A DNA stretch of 64,000 nucleotides from a virus. Below the pieces are notes generated by a model that saw only the letters and a list, made by a program, of their open reading frames with translations, made no database searches and was not told where the DNA came from. The position numbers and the translations under genes were made by a program. The DNA is taken from positions 22,783 through 86,782 of IMG/VR virus record IMGVR_UViG_3300046780_000088; one strand, given 5' to 3'. Positions 29,725 to 38,730 of the stretch are shown here, in pieces. Numbering within the stretch: the stretch's first letter is position 1; every line of letters starts with the position of its first letter.

Positions 29725-29802
29725 CTGTGCGTAGCTCAGTCAGGTCAGAGTACCCGGCCCGGAACCGGGAAGTCGAAGGTTCGAATCCTTCCGTACAGAC
29801 CA
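29725..29802 (+). tRNA. tRNA-Pro (CGG)
   Basis: Acceptor CTGTGCG/CGTACAG (C1-G72, A73), anticodon arm CCCGG-CCCGGAA-CCGGG, GGTTCGAATCC, CCA. Confidence 0.88.
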
Positions 29803-29821
29803 TTTCCAAGAGGAAATTATC

Positions 29822-31094
29822 ATGAATACAACCGTTGTAACACTGAATTATTTCTTCGTACTTGCTGCTACCGTTGTGATGTGGGTTGCGGCATTCAATC
29901 CTACCGTCGATGCAAACCATAAATTTTCGCTCGCAATAAATTGGATGTGTCTTAGCTTTGCACTTCTTCTGACTGCGTGGTTCTTCAAGTAAGTGAAGAA
30001 CTGCACTTACGGTTGTACGGGAAAGTGTTTCGATAATCATTCGTTCGATTGTTCGGTTTGTGGTAGCAAATCTTCGGCATGTTACGGTATTGATAACGTA
30101 TGGTATTGCGTGAAGTGCTGGCTTGAGAGAGTTCTATGATCGAGTACGTTCTGGTTATGGTGGTTGGCAGTCAACTGGCGTTTGCTACCGACGTTCGTAC
30201 AGATGAAATGCTCATCTTTACGAAGCTTGCTGTATGTGAGCAAGCGAAAGTGAGGATGGAGAAAGTTGCTGCGAAAGTGATGAAGGAAAATCCGCAGTTC
30301 GACAAAAGCTTGACGCCTGTGATTGAATGCATTGATCGGCAGAAGACACCTTGGGCCGATGAACCAACAGAAAAGAAAACGCCGATGCTGAACGAAGAAC
30401 AATTCTTTCAGTACGGCAACAAGCAAGGTGATGCATAATGGTTCGCGCATTTCAAGATACTGGTAACGGTACAGCAGCACCGGCAACTTTCACTGGACAA
30501 GTGAAAGCAAATGGTGAATCTCCAACCGACAACAAGACGTATTCTGCAACGTATCGCGTGACTCGATATTGGGGTGTGGCATTCATTCAAGCAGAAGCGG
30601 TAGCGTACTTTCATACCAAAGCAGACGCCGATGCTGCTGCTGCAACATTGAATGCAACGGCACATGGTGAAGTATATCGTTCTGAAGTTTCTCAATGAGG
30701 AAATTGATATGTCAATGAATGGTCCGAAGTCCGCGAACAAGAAACAAACATTCGATATTCAACCAAAACTGATTCCTGATGGATATGCACAATTACCAGC
30801 AGCATTGGCGGTTACACCGCCCGGTGTTCCAGTAAGTGTTCCGTTGGTTCCAAATGCAATGCCTGTGTATCCTTGTAAGAATTGATGTAAGTGAGAGGAA
30901 TGCGTAACATCGCTCTTTGGGCGTCGAACGAATCACCAAATTCGCAATCCGCGCCAATGGTTTCGATAAACCAAAAAGACGATTGTGTTGTGTTCACAGT
31001 GCGTGATGCCTTCGACACAACAGCGATTGCCTTCATGCCGATAAAAGACTTCGTGAAGTTTGCTGCGACATTTATTCAAGAGGCTAGATCATGA
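29822..31094 (+). other. Short hypothetical ORFs (29822-29992 membrane, 30136-30438, 30438-30698, ~30709-30885, 30891-31094)
   Basis: Tiled ORFs with start/stop overlaps. Confidence 0.5.
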
Positions 31095-31534
31095 CAGGCT
31101 GGACTGATGCAGCAAGAGCCGCGAGTCTTGCAGTTCGTGAGGCTGAAGCGAAGAATCACAATGCAAATGGAAAAAGAGCAGGGCAGGAAACACATCATCA
31201 AGCAATTCGTGAAGTATCAAAATGGTATCACGGCGACATTAATGCGATAAGAGGACAATCAATAAATGCAAAGAGTTTGATGACTCCAAGTTGGGCAGTA
31301 ACGAATTTAAAGTCAGCTTATAATTATGCAACTCAAGCATCATACAAAAAATCTTTAATTCCTGAACGCAAAGCGATATTCTCAGTTAGACCGATAACAA
31401 AAAATTCAACTCGTATGTCGGAAGGTCGCGGTCGCGGTAGTATGTCAAAAGAAGTTATTGCTTCTCCATATCGGATGAGTATTGTGTCAAGATTACCGCA
31501 AGCTCGCGGCCATGCATCAAGAGGAAAATATTGA
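31091..31534 (+). CDS. MTGWTD-leader protein 1; ADP-ribosyltransferase-like cargo
   Basis: Shared leader, then WYHG..W.VTNLKSAYNYA..IFSVRP..E. Confidence 0.6.
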   Translation: MTGWTDAARAASLAVREAEAKNHNANGKRAGQETHHQAIREVSKWYHGDINAIRGQSINAKSLMTPSWAVTNLKSAYNYATQASYKKSLIPERKAIFSVRPITKNSTRMSEGRGRGSMSKEVIASPYRMSIVSRLPQARGHASRGKY

Positions 31535-31707
31535 TGACAGGCTGGACTGATGACGCGCGGAAGTCGTCGCTCGATGCACGTCGGAACAAGAAGACAGGAA
31601 AAAAGAAGACGTACGTTCGCAATCGCGTAGCGAAAACTCCGCGCGAAAAGGCAATCGATAAATTTGGTGAAGCCTATGTCGAAACTTTCATGGATGAACT
31701 GAAATGA
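31534..31707 (+). CDS. MTGWTD-leader protein 2 (57 aa, absent from the ORF track)
   Basis: MTGWTDDARKSSLDARRNKKTGKKKTYVRNRVAKTPREKAIDKFGEAYVETFMDELK*. TGATG and ATGA overlaps with its neighbours. Confidence 0.8.
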   Translation: MTGWTDDARKSSLDARRNKKTGKKKTYVRNRVAKTPREKAIDKFGEAYVETFMDELK

Positions 31708-32096
31708 CAGGATGGACTGACCAAGCACGCGAGGCGTCGATTGCTGCACGCCACAATGCCAATGGCAAAGCACCCGGTCAGGAAGCGCACCATGCCGCGT
31801 TGAAAGCGGCGCAGACGCGCAGAGCGAATGTCGCGCACAACGATCACCGTCATGCTGTGAAAGCTGCTGAAGATGCGTTGCTTCGTGCACGTTCGCTTCA
31901 TGAAGTTCCGAAGTGGGCGAACCTGAAAGCTGTGAGCAACTTCTATCTTGCCGCTGCACAATCGCATGGTCGATACCAAGTCGATCACATCGTACCGTTG
32001 AACGGTCGCAAAGTGATGGGTTTGCATGTGGAGAATAATATGCAACTGTTGACTCCGTGGCAGAATAAATCAAAAAGCAACAGGTTCAAATCATGA
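31704..32096 (+). CDS. MTGWTD-leader protein 3; HNH endonuclease cargo
   Basis: PKWAN..YQVDHIVPLNG..VMGLHVENNMQLL...NKSKSN. Confidence 0.85.
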   Translation: MTGWTDQAREASIAARHNANGKAPGQEAHHAALKAAQTRRANVAHNDHRHAVKAAEDALLRARSLHEVPKWANLKAVSNFYLAAAQSHGRYQVDHIVPLNGRKVMGLHVENNMQLLTPWQNKSKSNRFKS

Positions 32097-32413
32097 CAGG
32101 CTGGACTGACGCTGCGCGTGAAGCGAGCTTGGCAGTTCGTGAAGCCGAAGCGAAAGATCATAACGCCAACGGGAAAGCTCCCGGACAGGAAACGCACCAT
32201 GCCGCATTGAAGGGCGCAGTGACGCCGACATGGGCAACACATACTGAAGCTGCACGAAAGATGGCAGCGTTGCAATCGACAAGACCGCATTCAATTGAAA
32301 AACGTTTCGGTAGTAACGGGCCAAATCCTGATCAATTGACAGCATATAAAGCAGAAGTGAAGTCTTGGAATTCTGCATATCGAAATGCGAAGAAGGGATT
32401 GATGCCTAGATGA
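32093..32413 (+). CDS. MTGWTD-leader protein 4; unknown cargo
   Basis: Shared leader; overlaps the TerL start (ATGA). Confidence 0.8.
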   Translation: MTGWTDAAREASLAVREAEAKDHNANGKAPGQETHHAALKGAVTPTWATHTEAARKMAALQSTRPHSIEKRFGSNGPNPDQLTAYKAEVKSWNSAYRNAKKGLMPR

Positions 32414-33849
32414 GCCAAGAAGTAATAGCACGCACACCAGAAAAAGTAGTAGGAAGACCAAGACTCGATACACCGCCGCCCGGAACCGATCTGTTGACGA
32501 TGTCGAAATTTCAGAAGCGCGTGCTTCGCGTTCCTGAAGAAGTCGATTTGTTTCTTGGTGGTGGTCGTGGTGGCGCGAAGTCATACACGATGGTCTTGCT
32601 CGCTCTTCGGCACGTCGAACAGTATGGTCCAAAGGCACGAATTCTTTACATCCGGCAAACACATGCGGGGTGCGCAGACTTCGAATCTTTGTGTCTCGAA
32701 GTTTTTTCGTTGTTGTATGGTCGCACCGTAAAATACAATTCTACGAAGGGACTATTCAAGTTCCCGAACGGCGCGACTCTCGAAATCAATCAGCTTGAAA
32801 CAGTATCAGACTATACGAAATTTCAGGGGCGCTCATTTACGCTGCTGATGATTGACGAAGCAGGGCATTATGCGATGCCTGATATGTTGGACAAGCTTCG
32901 TTCGAACTTGCGTGGACCGGCAGACATGCCTACACGCATTGTGATCGCAGCAAATCCGGGTGATGCAGGACACCATTGGTTAGCTTCACGGTACGTTTTT
33001 CGTGCGGCACCGTGGACTATCTTCAAGGAACCGAACTCGCAACGTTTCTTTTTGTATGCGCCTTCAACGTTCCTAGACAATCCATTCATCAACCAAGCTG
33101 AATACAAGGCTCAACTTGTATCGTCTTGTCCAAGCGATCCTGAACTGTTGCGCGCGTGGCTTGATGGTGATTGGGCGATTGCTCGCGGTGCGTACTTCGG
33201 TGGATGTCTTGAAGAATCGCGTAACGCGGTAGACTTCTGGAATTACAAGATACCTGCTGGTTGGGATTGGTGGCTTGCGCACGATTATGGTTCGACCGCT
33301 CCGTCAGTAACGTACATCGTTGCGAAGTCACCGGGTGGCGAAGGACCGGATGGAAAATGGTATCCGCGCGATTCACTTGTACTGGTCGATGAATTTGCAA
33401 CGAACGAAGCTGGACATCTGAACAAGGGACTTGGTTGGATGGTTCCGCGACTCGCAGAAGAAATCATCAAGCATTTGTGTATGCCGTGGAATGTTGCCGC
33501 AACTGGTGTCGCTGATGATGCTTGCTTTGCCAAAGGTGGACATTCTCGCGGTTCGATTGCTGATGAGTTTGCACGATGTGGATTGATCTTTGTTCCTGCC
33601 AAGAAGGGTGATCGTCTTTCAGGCTTGACAACGTTGAAGCGTTTGTTAGGCGATGCAGGACAGATGGATGTACCCGGTTTGTATATCTCGCGTTCGTGTT
33701 CGTATTTTTGGGCTACCGTTCCATACTTGGCGCGCGATCCTCGTAAGATGGAAGATTTGGATTCAAAGGGACCGGATCACGCTGCTGATGCAGCACGGTA
33801 CGGTGTATTGCGCGAAGAGAGAAGCGCAACAATGAAGGCGATGTTCTGA
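32410..33849 (+). CDS. terL: Terminase large subunit
   Basis: Walker A GGGRGGAKS, Walker B MIDEAG, ANPG, HDYG, DHAADAARY. Confidence 0.93.
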   Translation: MSQEVIARTPEKVVGRPRLDTPPPGTDLLTMSKFQKRVLRVPEEVDLFLGGGRGGAKSYTMVLLALRHVEQYGPKARILYIRQTHAGCADFESLCLEVFSLLYGRTVKYNSTKGLFKFPNGATLEINQLETVSDYTKFQGRSFTLLMIDEAGHYAMPDMLDKLRSNLRGPADMPTRIVIAANPGDAGHHWLASRYVFRAAPWTIFKEPNSQRFFLYAPSTFLDNPFINQAEYKAQLVSSCPSDPELLRAWLDGDWAIARGAYFGGCLEESRNAVDFWNYKIPAGWDWWLAHDYGSTAPSVTYIVAKSPGGEGPDGKWYPRDSLVLVDEFATNEAGHLNKGLGWMVPRLAEEIIKHLCMPWNVAATGVADDACFAKGGHSRGSIADEFARCGLIFVPAKKGDRLSGLTTLKRLLGDAGQMDVPGLYISRSCSYFWATVPYLARDPRKMEDLDSKGPDHAADAARYGVLREERSATMKAMF

Positions 33850-34008
33850 AAGGAAAACCAATGACAAATTTGACGGTTGTAAATCCGAATGAACTGAATC
33901 CTGATACATCACCGCCGCCAGTTGTGATAGGTGAAGCAAGCGAATCGCCGGATGATTCTGATGCTGATGATGTTGTTGATGTGCCGCAAGGCTCTAAGGT
34001 GTAAATGA

Positions 34009-34820
34009 ATGTCTATGACCTTAGATCGGTTCAAAACTGAACCACACAAAATCTATTCGTCAGGTTGGTTTGTATTCTGCTTAGTGATTATAGCAGCTTT
34101 GGTTTTGGAATTGCTGCATCAACAAACAATAATTCTCGATCAAACAAAGATCGATCAAGAACTCCAAACGATAATCAACAATGAAGAAAATATAATTGCT
34201 CACCAAGGTCAGTATGATCAGATAATCAAGATGCTTCTTTCAAACCAAGAAAACATCATTAAGAAGCTCGATGACCACAACACCGGAAAATCGAAATGAT
34301 GACAGCTACTACTACACAACAGAGACAACGTAAAAAAGACGCACGAAAAGTAATCACCACTGCACAGACTACAGCGAAGATGTTGAAGAGCAATGCAGAT
34401 GCAGTTGCTTCGGCGACAGCAAATGTATTGAAGAGTAACGCCAAGCTTGTTTCTGATGCTTTGGAAGACACGGCAAAAAATACAGCAGATATTGTTTCAA
34501 AAGCAATTGAAACTGCTAACCATAAAAATGAAGAAATATTGCGACAACGATCTGATGAAATTGTTCTTAAAACAGAAGCGCATTTTGACAAGGCTTCAGA
34601 CCGAATCGATTCATTGGAAGATAGAATTGATGGAGTAGAAAAGAAGGTTCAGGACAGAATTGATAAGGTTGAAAAGAAGGTTGATGAAGGAAATGAAGAT
34701 ACGAAGAAGGTTTTGGCAATAGTTAGTGCAGGAAAAATTGGTGGCAAATTCATGGGTTGGCTTGCCGCGCTGATTGCTTCTATTGCTGTTGCATGGTCGT
34801 ATCTTATTCATGGAAAATAA
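34009..34820 (+). other. Two membrane-anchored coiled-coil ORFs (34009-34299, 34296-34820); possibly holin-like
   Basis: Each has one hydrophobic segment. The second has a C-terminal TM after a coiled coil. Confidence 0.45.
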
Positions 34821-35034
34821 ATTTGGAGTGTGAGCAAAATGTCATCGACTCGCCCACCGAAAACTCTCGATTACGATGCACAAGAAGTTAGCATGTTGAG
34901 AGATTTGTATACCAAGATGGCAAAGAATAATGAAATGGATCAGGATAGCGAAGGCTTCGTCACCGTCGAACAAGTTTTCGACGAATTTGCGCGAGTGCGC
35001 GATTTCTACAAAATGAAGCGAAGGAAACATTAAA

Positions 35035-35442
35035 ATGACAGGATGGACAGACGAAGCGAGGGCCGCATCGCTCGCAGTGCGTGAGGCTGAAGCAAAAGAC
35101 CACAACGCAAACGGCAAAGCACCGGGACAAGAAACACATCATCAAGCAATTAAGGCGGCGAGTAATTTAACTCGTCAGCATTTCGTTGCTGCCGCGAATC
35201 AGTTGCGCGAATCTGGTGCAAGCGCTGAAGCTGTTTCGCGCGCTGCTAATGCATTCGCTATGACGAATCCTAATTTTGATCGTGGTCGTTTTGTTGCTGC
35301 CGCTACAAAGGGACTGACGAAGGGACTTGATATTCGCTCGCAATCAAACAAAGGATTCGCAAAAGCTTCGCGTGTTGCAGCTAACGTGATGAAAAATTAT
35401 TCGAGCGGCAGTCCCTATTTGACCCCTTCTAGGAGTCGATAA
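35035..35442 (+). CDS. MTGWTD-leader protein 5; TRQHF..NPNFD..RF cargo
   Basis: Shared leader plus LTRQHFVAAA...FAMTNPNFDRGRFVAAA. Confidence 0.8.
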   Translation: MTGWTDEARAASLAVREAEAKDHNANGKAPGQETHHQAIKAASNLTRQHFVAAANQLRESGASAEAVSRAANAFAMTNPNFDRGRFVAAATKGLTKGLDIRSQSNKGFAKASRVAANVMKNYSSGSPYLTPSRSR

Positions 35443-35443
35443 C

Positions 35444-36004
35444 ATGACCGGCTGGACTGACGAAGCACGACAAGCATCACTCGATGCACGGCGCGGCAAT
35501 CCAAAGGATCATAATGCCAATGGTGCTGTGAGGGGGCAAGAAACTCATCAAGCAGCGGCGCGAGTATTTTCGCGCAACAATTTACCGAAGCTTATGCGCC
35601 AATCAAATTGGTCGATTCTTTCTGCCAATCGTGGTGATGCAGTATCATCGACCAAGAACACGATGCATCAAACACAACTTGCAAACGATCTTCGTAGACA
35701 AGGGGCATCATTCATCAAGGTAGAAGGACATTATGGTGGCAAGCCTGAAATTTCGTATGCCGTAACTGGAATTTCTGCGAGAGCAGCATACGCACTTGGT
35801 GCTAAATACAAACAAGATTCTATTTTGACCAATCGTGGTCTGATTTATACGACAGGCGCGAAAGCTCGCGCTGGCGTTCGTACACCATCTACAGGAAGAA
35901 TGGCAGTCGGAAAGTCCGCAACCGGAGATTTCTATTCGCGTATTCCGTCAACAGGCGCGCGTTTCTCTGCCGGTTTGAATTTCGACAAATACAAGACAAG
36001 GTAA
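35444..36004 (+). CDS. MTGWTD-leader protein 6; SAM lyase/DUF3293-like cargo
   Basis: ILSANRG..N....LANDLR..G..VEGHYG..PEISYAV...LGAKYKQDSIL. Confidence 0.68.
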   Translation: MTGWTDEARQASLDARRGNPKDHNANGAVRGQETHQAAARVFSRNNLPKLMRQSNWSILSANRGDAVSSTKNTMHQTQLANDLRRQGASFIKVEGHYGGKPEISYAVTGISARAAYALGAKYKQDSILTNRGLIYTTGAKARAGVRTPSTGRMAVGKSATGDFYSRIPSTGARFSAGLNFDKYKTR

Positions 36005-36010
36005 TAGCCT

Positions 36011-37576
36011 ATGTACGGTGATACGAATCCCTCTCCCGCGCCAGCTATTGCGCGTGCGGCAGTTGCAGCATTGCTTGGTGGCGGCGGAAAAAATCCTGTA
36101 GGGATTCCGACTGCGCGTTACACCGAACTTGCCGCAGAGCGTTTGTTGCCCCGTACATTGATGGGCGGCACCGAATCGATGCGTGCTGCCGGAACATTGT
36201 TCCTACCGAAACATCCTGCCGAAACACAAGCTTCGTACGACTCTCGTATCAATGCAACGTTCTTGTATGGCGGTTATGCTGAAACTGTTTTCCGCATGGC
36301 AGCTAAGTTCTTCGAAGAACCGATTGCAATGAAAGATGATGTACCGATCAAGATGCAGCAACTTGCATTGAACATCGATGGTCAGGGTCGTGCATTGACT
36401 CCATTCACAATGGACTTGGTGAAAGAAGCAATGGTCGATGGGATAGCATTCATTCTTGTTGATCACCCTAAAGTAGCACCAGATTCTACGCAAGCAGATG
36501 TGATAAAAGCTGGATTGCGTCCGTATTGGATTCTTGTTAAAGCAGATGATGTCATTGGTTGGCAGACAACTGCTGACTCTGGTGCGCAACTTCTTACGCA
36601 AGTCCGCATCAAGGAAACTGTTGTTGTCCCTGATGGATTGTTTGGCGAGAAAATTGAGAAGCGCGTTCGTGTTTTGTTTCCCGGACACTTCCAAGTTTAC
36701 ACACAGATTGTAAACTCGCGTGGAGAATCAGATTGGATATTATCTGATTCTGGTGATACATCGTTCGATGAAATTCCTTTGATCCCTTTCTACACCAATC
36801 GTTGTGGATTCATGGAAGGTATGCCGCCGCTGAAGGTTCTGGCGGAAATGAATCAAGAACATTGGGTATCGTCTAGTGAACAACGTCGTGCGTTGACGTT
36901 CTTGCGTTTCGCAATGCTTTGTGCAATTGGTGTTGATGGTAAGACATCGACACTTGAAGTTGGCCCTGATCGAGTGTTGTACGTTCCTCTCGGTGGCGAT
37001 GCAAAGTACGTTGAACATAGTGGTAAGGGAATTGAATCTGGTCAAGCTGATTTGGATTCGATAGAGAAGCGCATGACTAGCGCTGGAATGAAGTTGAGAA
37101 TTGAGAATGCAGGACAAGTTTCTGCTACAGCGAGTGCAGTTGATAGCGATGATGTGAATGCAGTATTGAAAGCAATTGCCAAAGAACTTGAAGACGTGCT
37201 TGCGCAAGCAGCACAATTCACTGTTGAATTGCTTGGGTTGCCGGATGGCGGTTCATACGATGTGTTTGATGATTTCGCTGATAGCGGCGCACCGGGCACA
37301 ATAACTGAATTCAATGCAATGGCGGTCGCAGGAAATATCAGCAAGCAGACGTTGTGGGAAGAATTGCGCCGTCGCCATATGCTCAGTGAGGATTTCGATC
37401 CCGAAACAGAACAAGCAAATCTTGATTCAGAATTGCAGTCGTACATGAAATCAGTAGCACAACAGTCGGCATTGGTTGCTAATGCAGTGCCGCCATCACC
37501 CACTTCTGGCGCTGCGCCAACACCTGTTGCACCAACACCGCCTAAGAAGTCGAAATTGAATATCAAACAAAATTGA
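36011..37576 (+). CDS. Portal protein (DUF4055-type)
   Basis: LMGGTESMRAAG..FLPK..E...Y..R, NIDGQG, ILVDHP, RPYW; position after TerL. Confidence 0.88.
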   Translation: MYGDTNPSPAPAIARAAVAALLGGGGKNPVGIPTARYTELAAERLLPRTLMGGTESMRAAGTLFLPKHPAETQASYDSRINATFLYGGYAETVFRMAAKFFEEPIAMKDDVPIKMQQLALNIDGQGRALTPFTMDLVKEAMVDGIAFILVDHPKVAPDSTQADVIKAGLRPYWILVKADDVIGWQTTADSGAQLLTQVRIKETVVVPDGLFGEKIEKRVRVLFPGHFQVYTQIVNSRGESDWILSDSGDTSFDEIPLIPFYTNRCGFMEGMPPLKVLAEMNQEHWVSSSEQRRALTFLRFAMLCAIGVDGKTSTLEVGPDRVLYVPLGGDAKYVEHSGKGIESGQADLDSIEKRMTSAGMKLRIENAGQVSATASAVDSDDVNAVLKAIAKELEDVLAQAAQFTVELLGLPDGGSYDVFDDFADSGAPGTITEFNAMAVAGNISKQTLWEELRRRHMLSEDFDPETEQANLDSELQSYMKSVAQQSALVANAVPPSPTSGAAPTPVAPTPPKKSKLNIKQN

Positions 37577-37590
37577 AGGAGTCTTGAAAA

Positions 37591-38283
37591 ATGATGGACA
37601 AATTAAATGCAACAGACGGTGTTGGTGCAGCAGTACATCGCGGGGCCGCATTGTCTGAATCGATGAATGCAATTGGTCGCTATGATGTGACTTGTGTTCG
37701 ACCGCTGAAAGAATATGAAGGTGAATATCTTCGCTTGCTCGGTATTGCGATGGCATGGGACAAGATCGGTAAGGAACGACTTGTTGAACGCTTCCTTGAA
37801 CAAGCTAGAGAATTGCCGCATCAGATTGTGTGGGAAGATACAATTCACAACACGGTCTGTACTGCCGGGAAGAATCTTGCTCTCGATACTTTTCTTGCTG
37901 GCTCTTCGTACACAGTTGTTGGTCCGTATATTGGTTTGATCAGTTCAACTTCGTATTCGGCAATTGCCGCTGGCGATACGCAAGCATCGCACTCTGGTTG
38001 GCTTGAAGCTGGAAATGCAAACGCTCCGACATATACATCGCCTCGTAAGACTGCCGCATGGAGTGCTGCTTCTGCTGGTTCGAAAGCGTTGTCTTCGAAT
38101 GCCTCGTTCGCTATTACTGGATCGGGAACCGTCAAAGGTGCGTTTATGATTTATGGTTCAGGTGCATTGACTACCATTGACAACACTGCCGGAACGCTTC
38201 TGTCTGCTGGTCTGTTCACTGGTGGCGATAAAGTTGTTGCCAACCTTGACACGCTTAACGTCAGCTATTCGCTGGCAATCTAA
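37591..38283 (+). CDS. Putative virion structural protein
   Basis: HNTVCTAGKN...GTVKGAF...DTLNVSY; beta-rich, in the late operon. Confidence 0.6.
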   Translation: MMDKLNATDGVGAAVHRGAALSESMNAIGRYDVTCVRPLKEYEGEYLRLLGIAMAWDKIGKERLVERFLEQARELPHQIVWEDTIHNTVCTAGKNLALDTFLAGSSYTVVGPYIGLISSTSYSAIAAGDTQASHSGWLEAGNANAPTYTSPRKTAAWSAASAGSKALSSNASFAITGSGTVKGAFMIYGSGALTTIDNTAGTLLSAGLFTGGDKVVANLDTLNVSYSLAI

Positions 38284-38291
38284 TAGGAGAT

Positions 38292-38718
38292 TTGGTTATG
38301 TTGAAAAAGGGATCGAAGGTAAAACAGATTGTCCAAGCTGCGATTGAAGGTGAAGTTGTGCGCGTCGAACGTGATGGCGATGGCGAACCAACAGGGAATT
38401 ATCTTGTTGAATGGGAAGCTGATGGTGTGACTCATTCCAAATATTTCTCTGAAAAAGAAGTTGAGGAAGTTGCAAATGGATAACGCCACGTTGATTGCCG
38501 ACATTACTACGTCTTTGCAAGATGCTTGCACTTTAGCAAACGTTCAATCGCCGATGCAGCAACTTGTGACAGCAAACGCTTCACTGCAAACTGCATTAAC
38601 TCATGCTACACAATTACAGACTGCTCTTGATGCTGAGACAGCAGATGATGTTGCAAAAGCAGCGCAGTTAGCGACAGCGAAACAGAAGGCACAGGATTTG
38701 GTTGCTTCACTTAGTTGA
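38292..38718 (+). other. Two small late ORFs (38292-38483, 38476-38718)
   Basis: RBS AGGAG/GAGG; tiled. Confidence 0.55.
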
Positions 38719-38730
38719 AAGGATTTGTTC

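Noticed and set aside
34009-34820. Complete lysis cassette
   Set aside because: No endolysin or spanin motifs are recognisable nearby, so the holin call remains tentative.
31091-35560. Leader repeats as diversity-generating retroelement TR/VR pairs or DNA recombination cassettes
   Set aside because: No reverse transcriptase or recombinase is in the window. Differences are synonymous-biased, not adenine-specific, and the repeats are at gene 5' ends.
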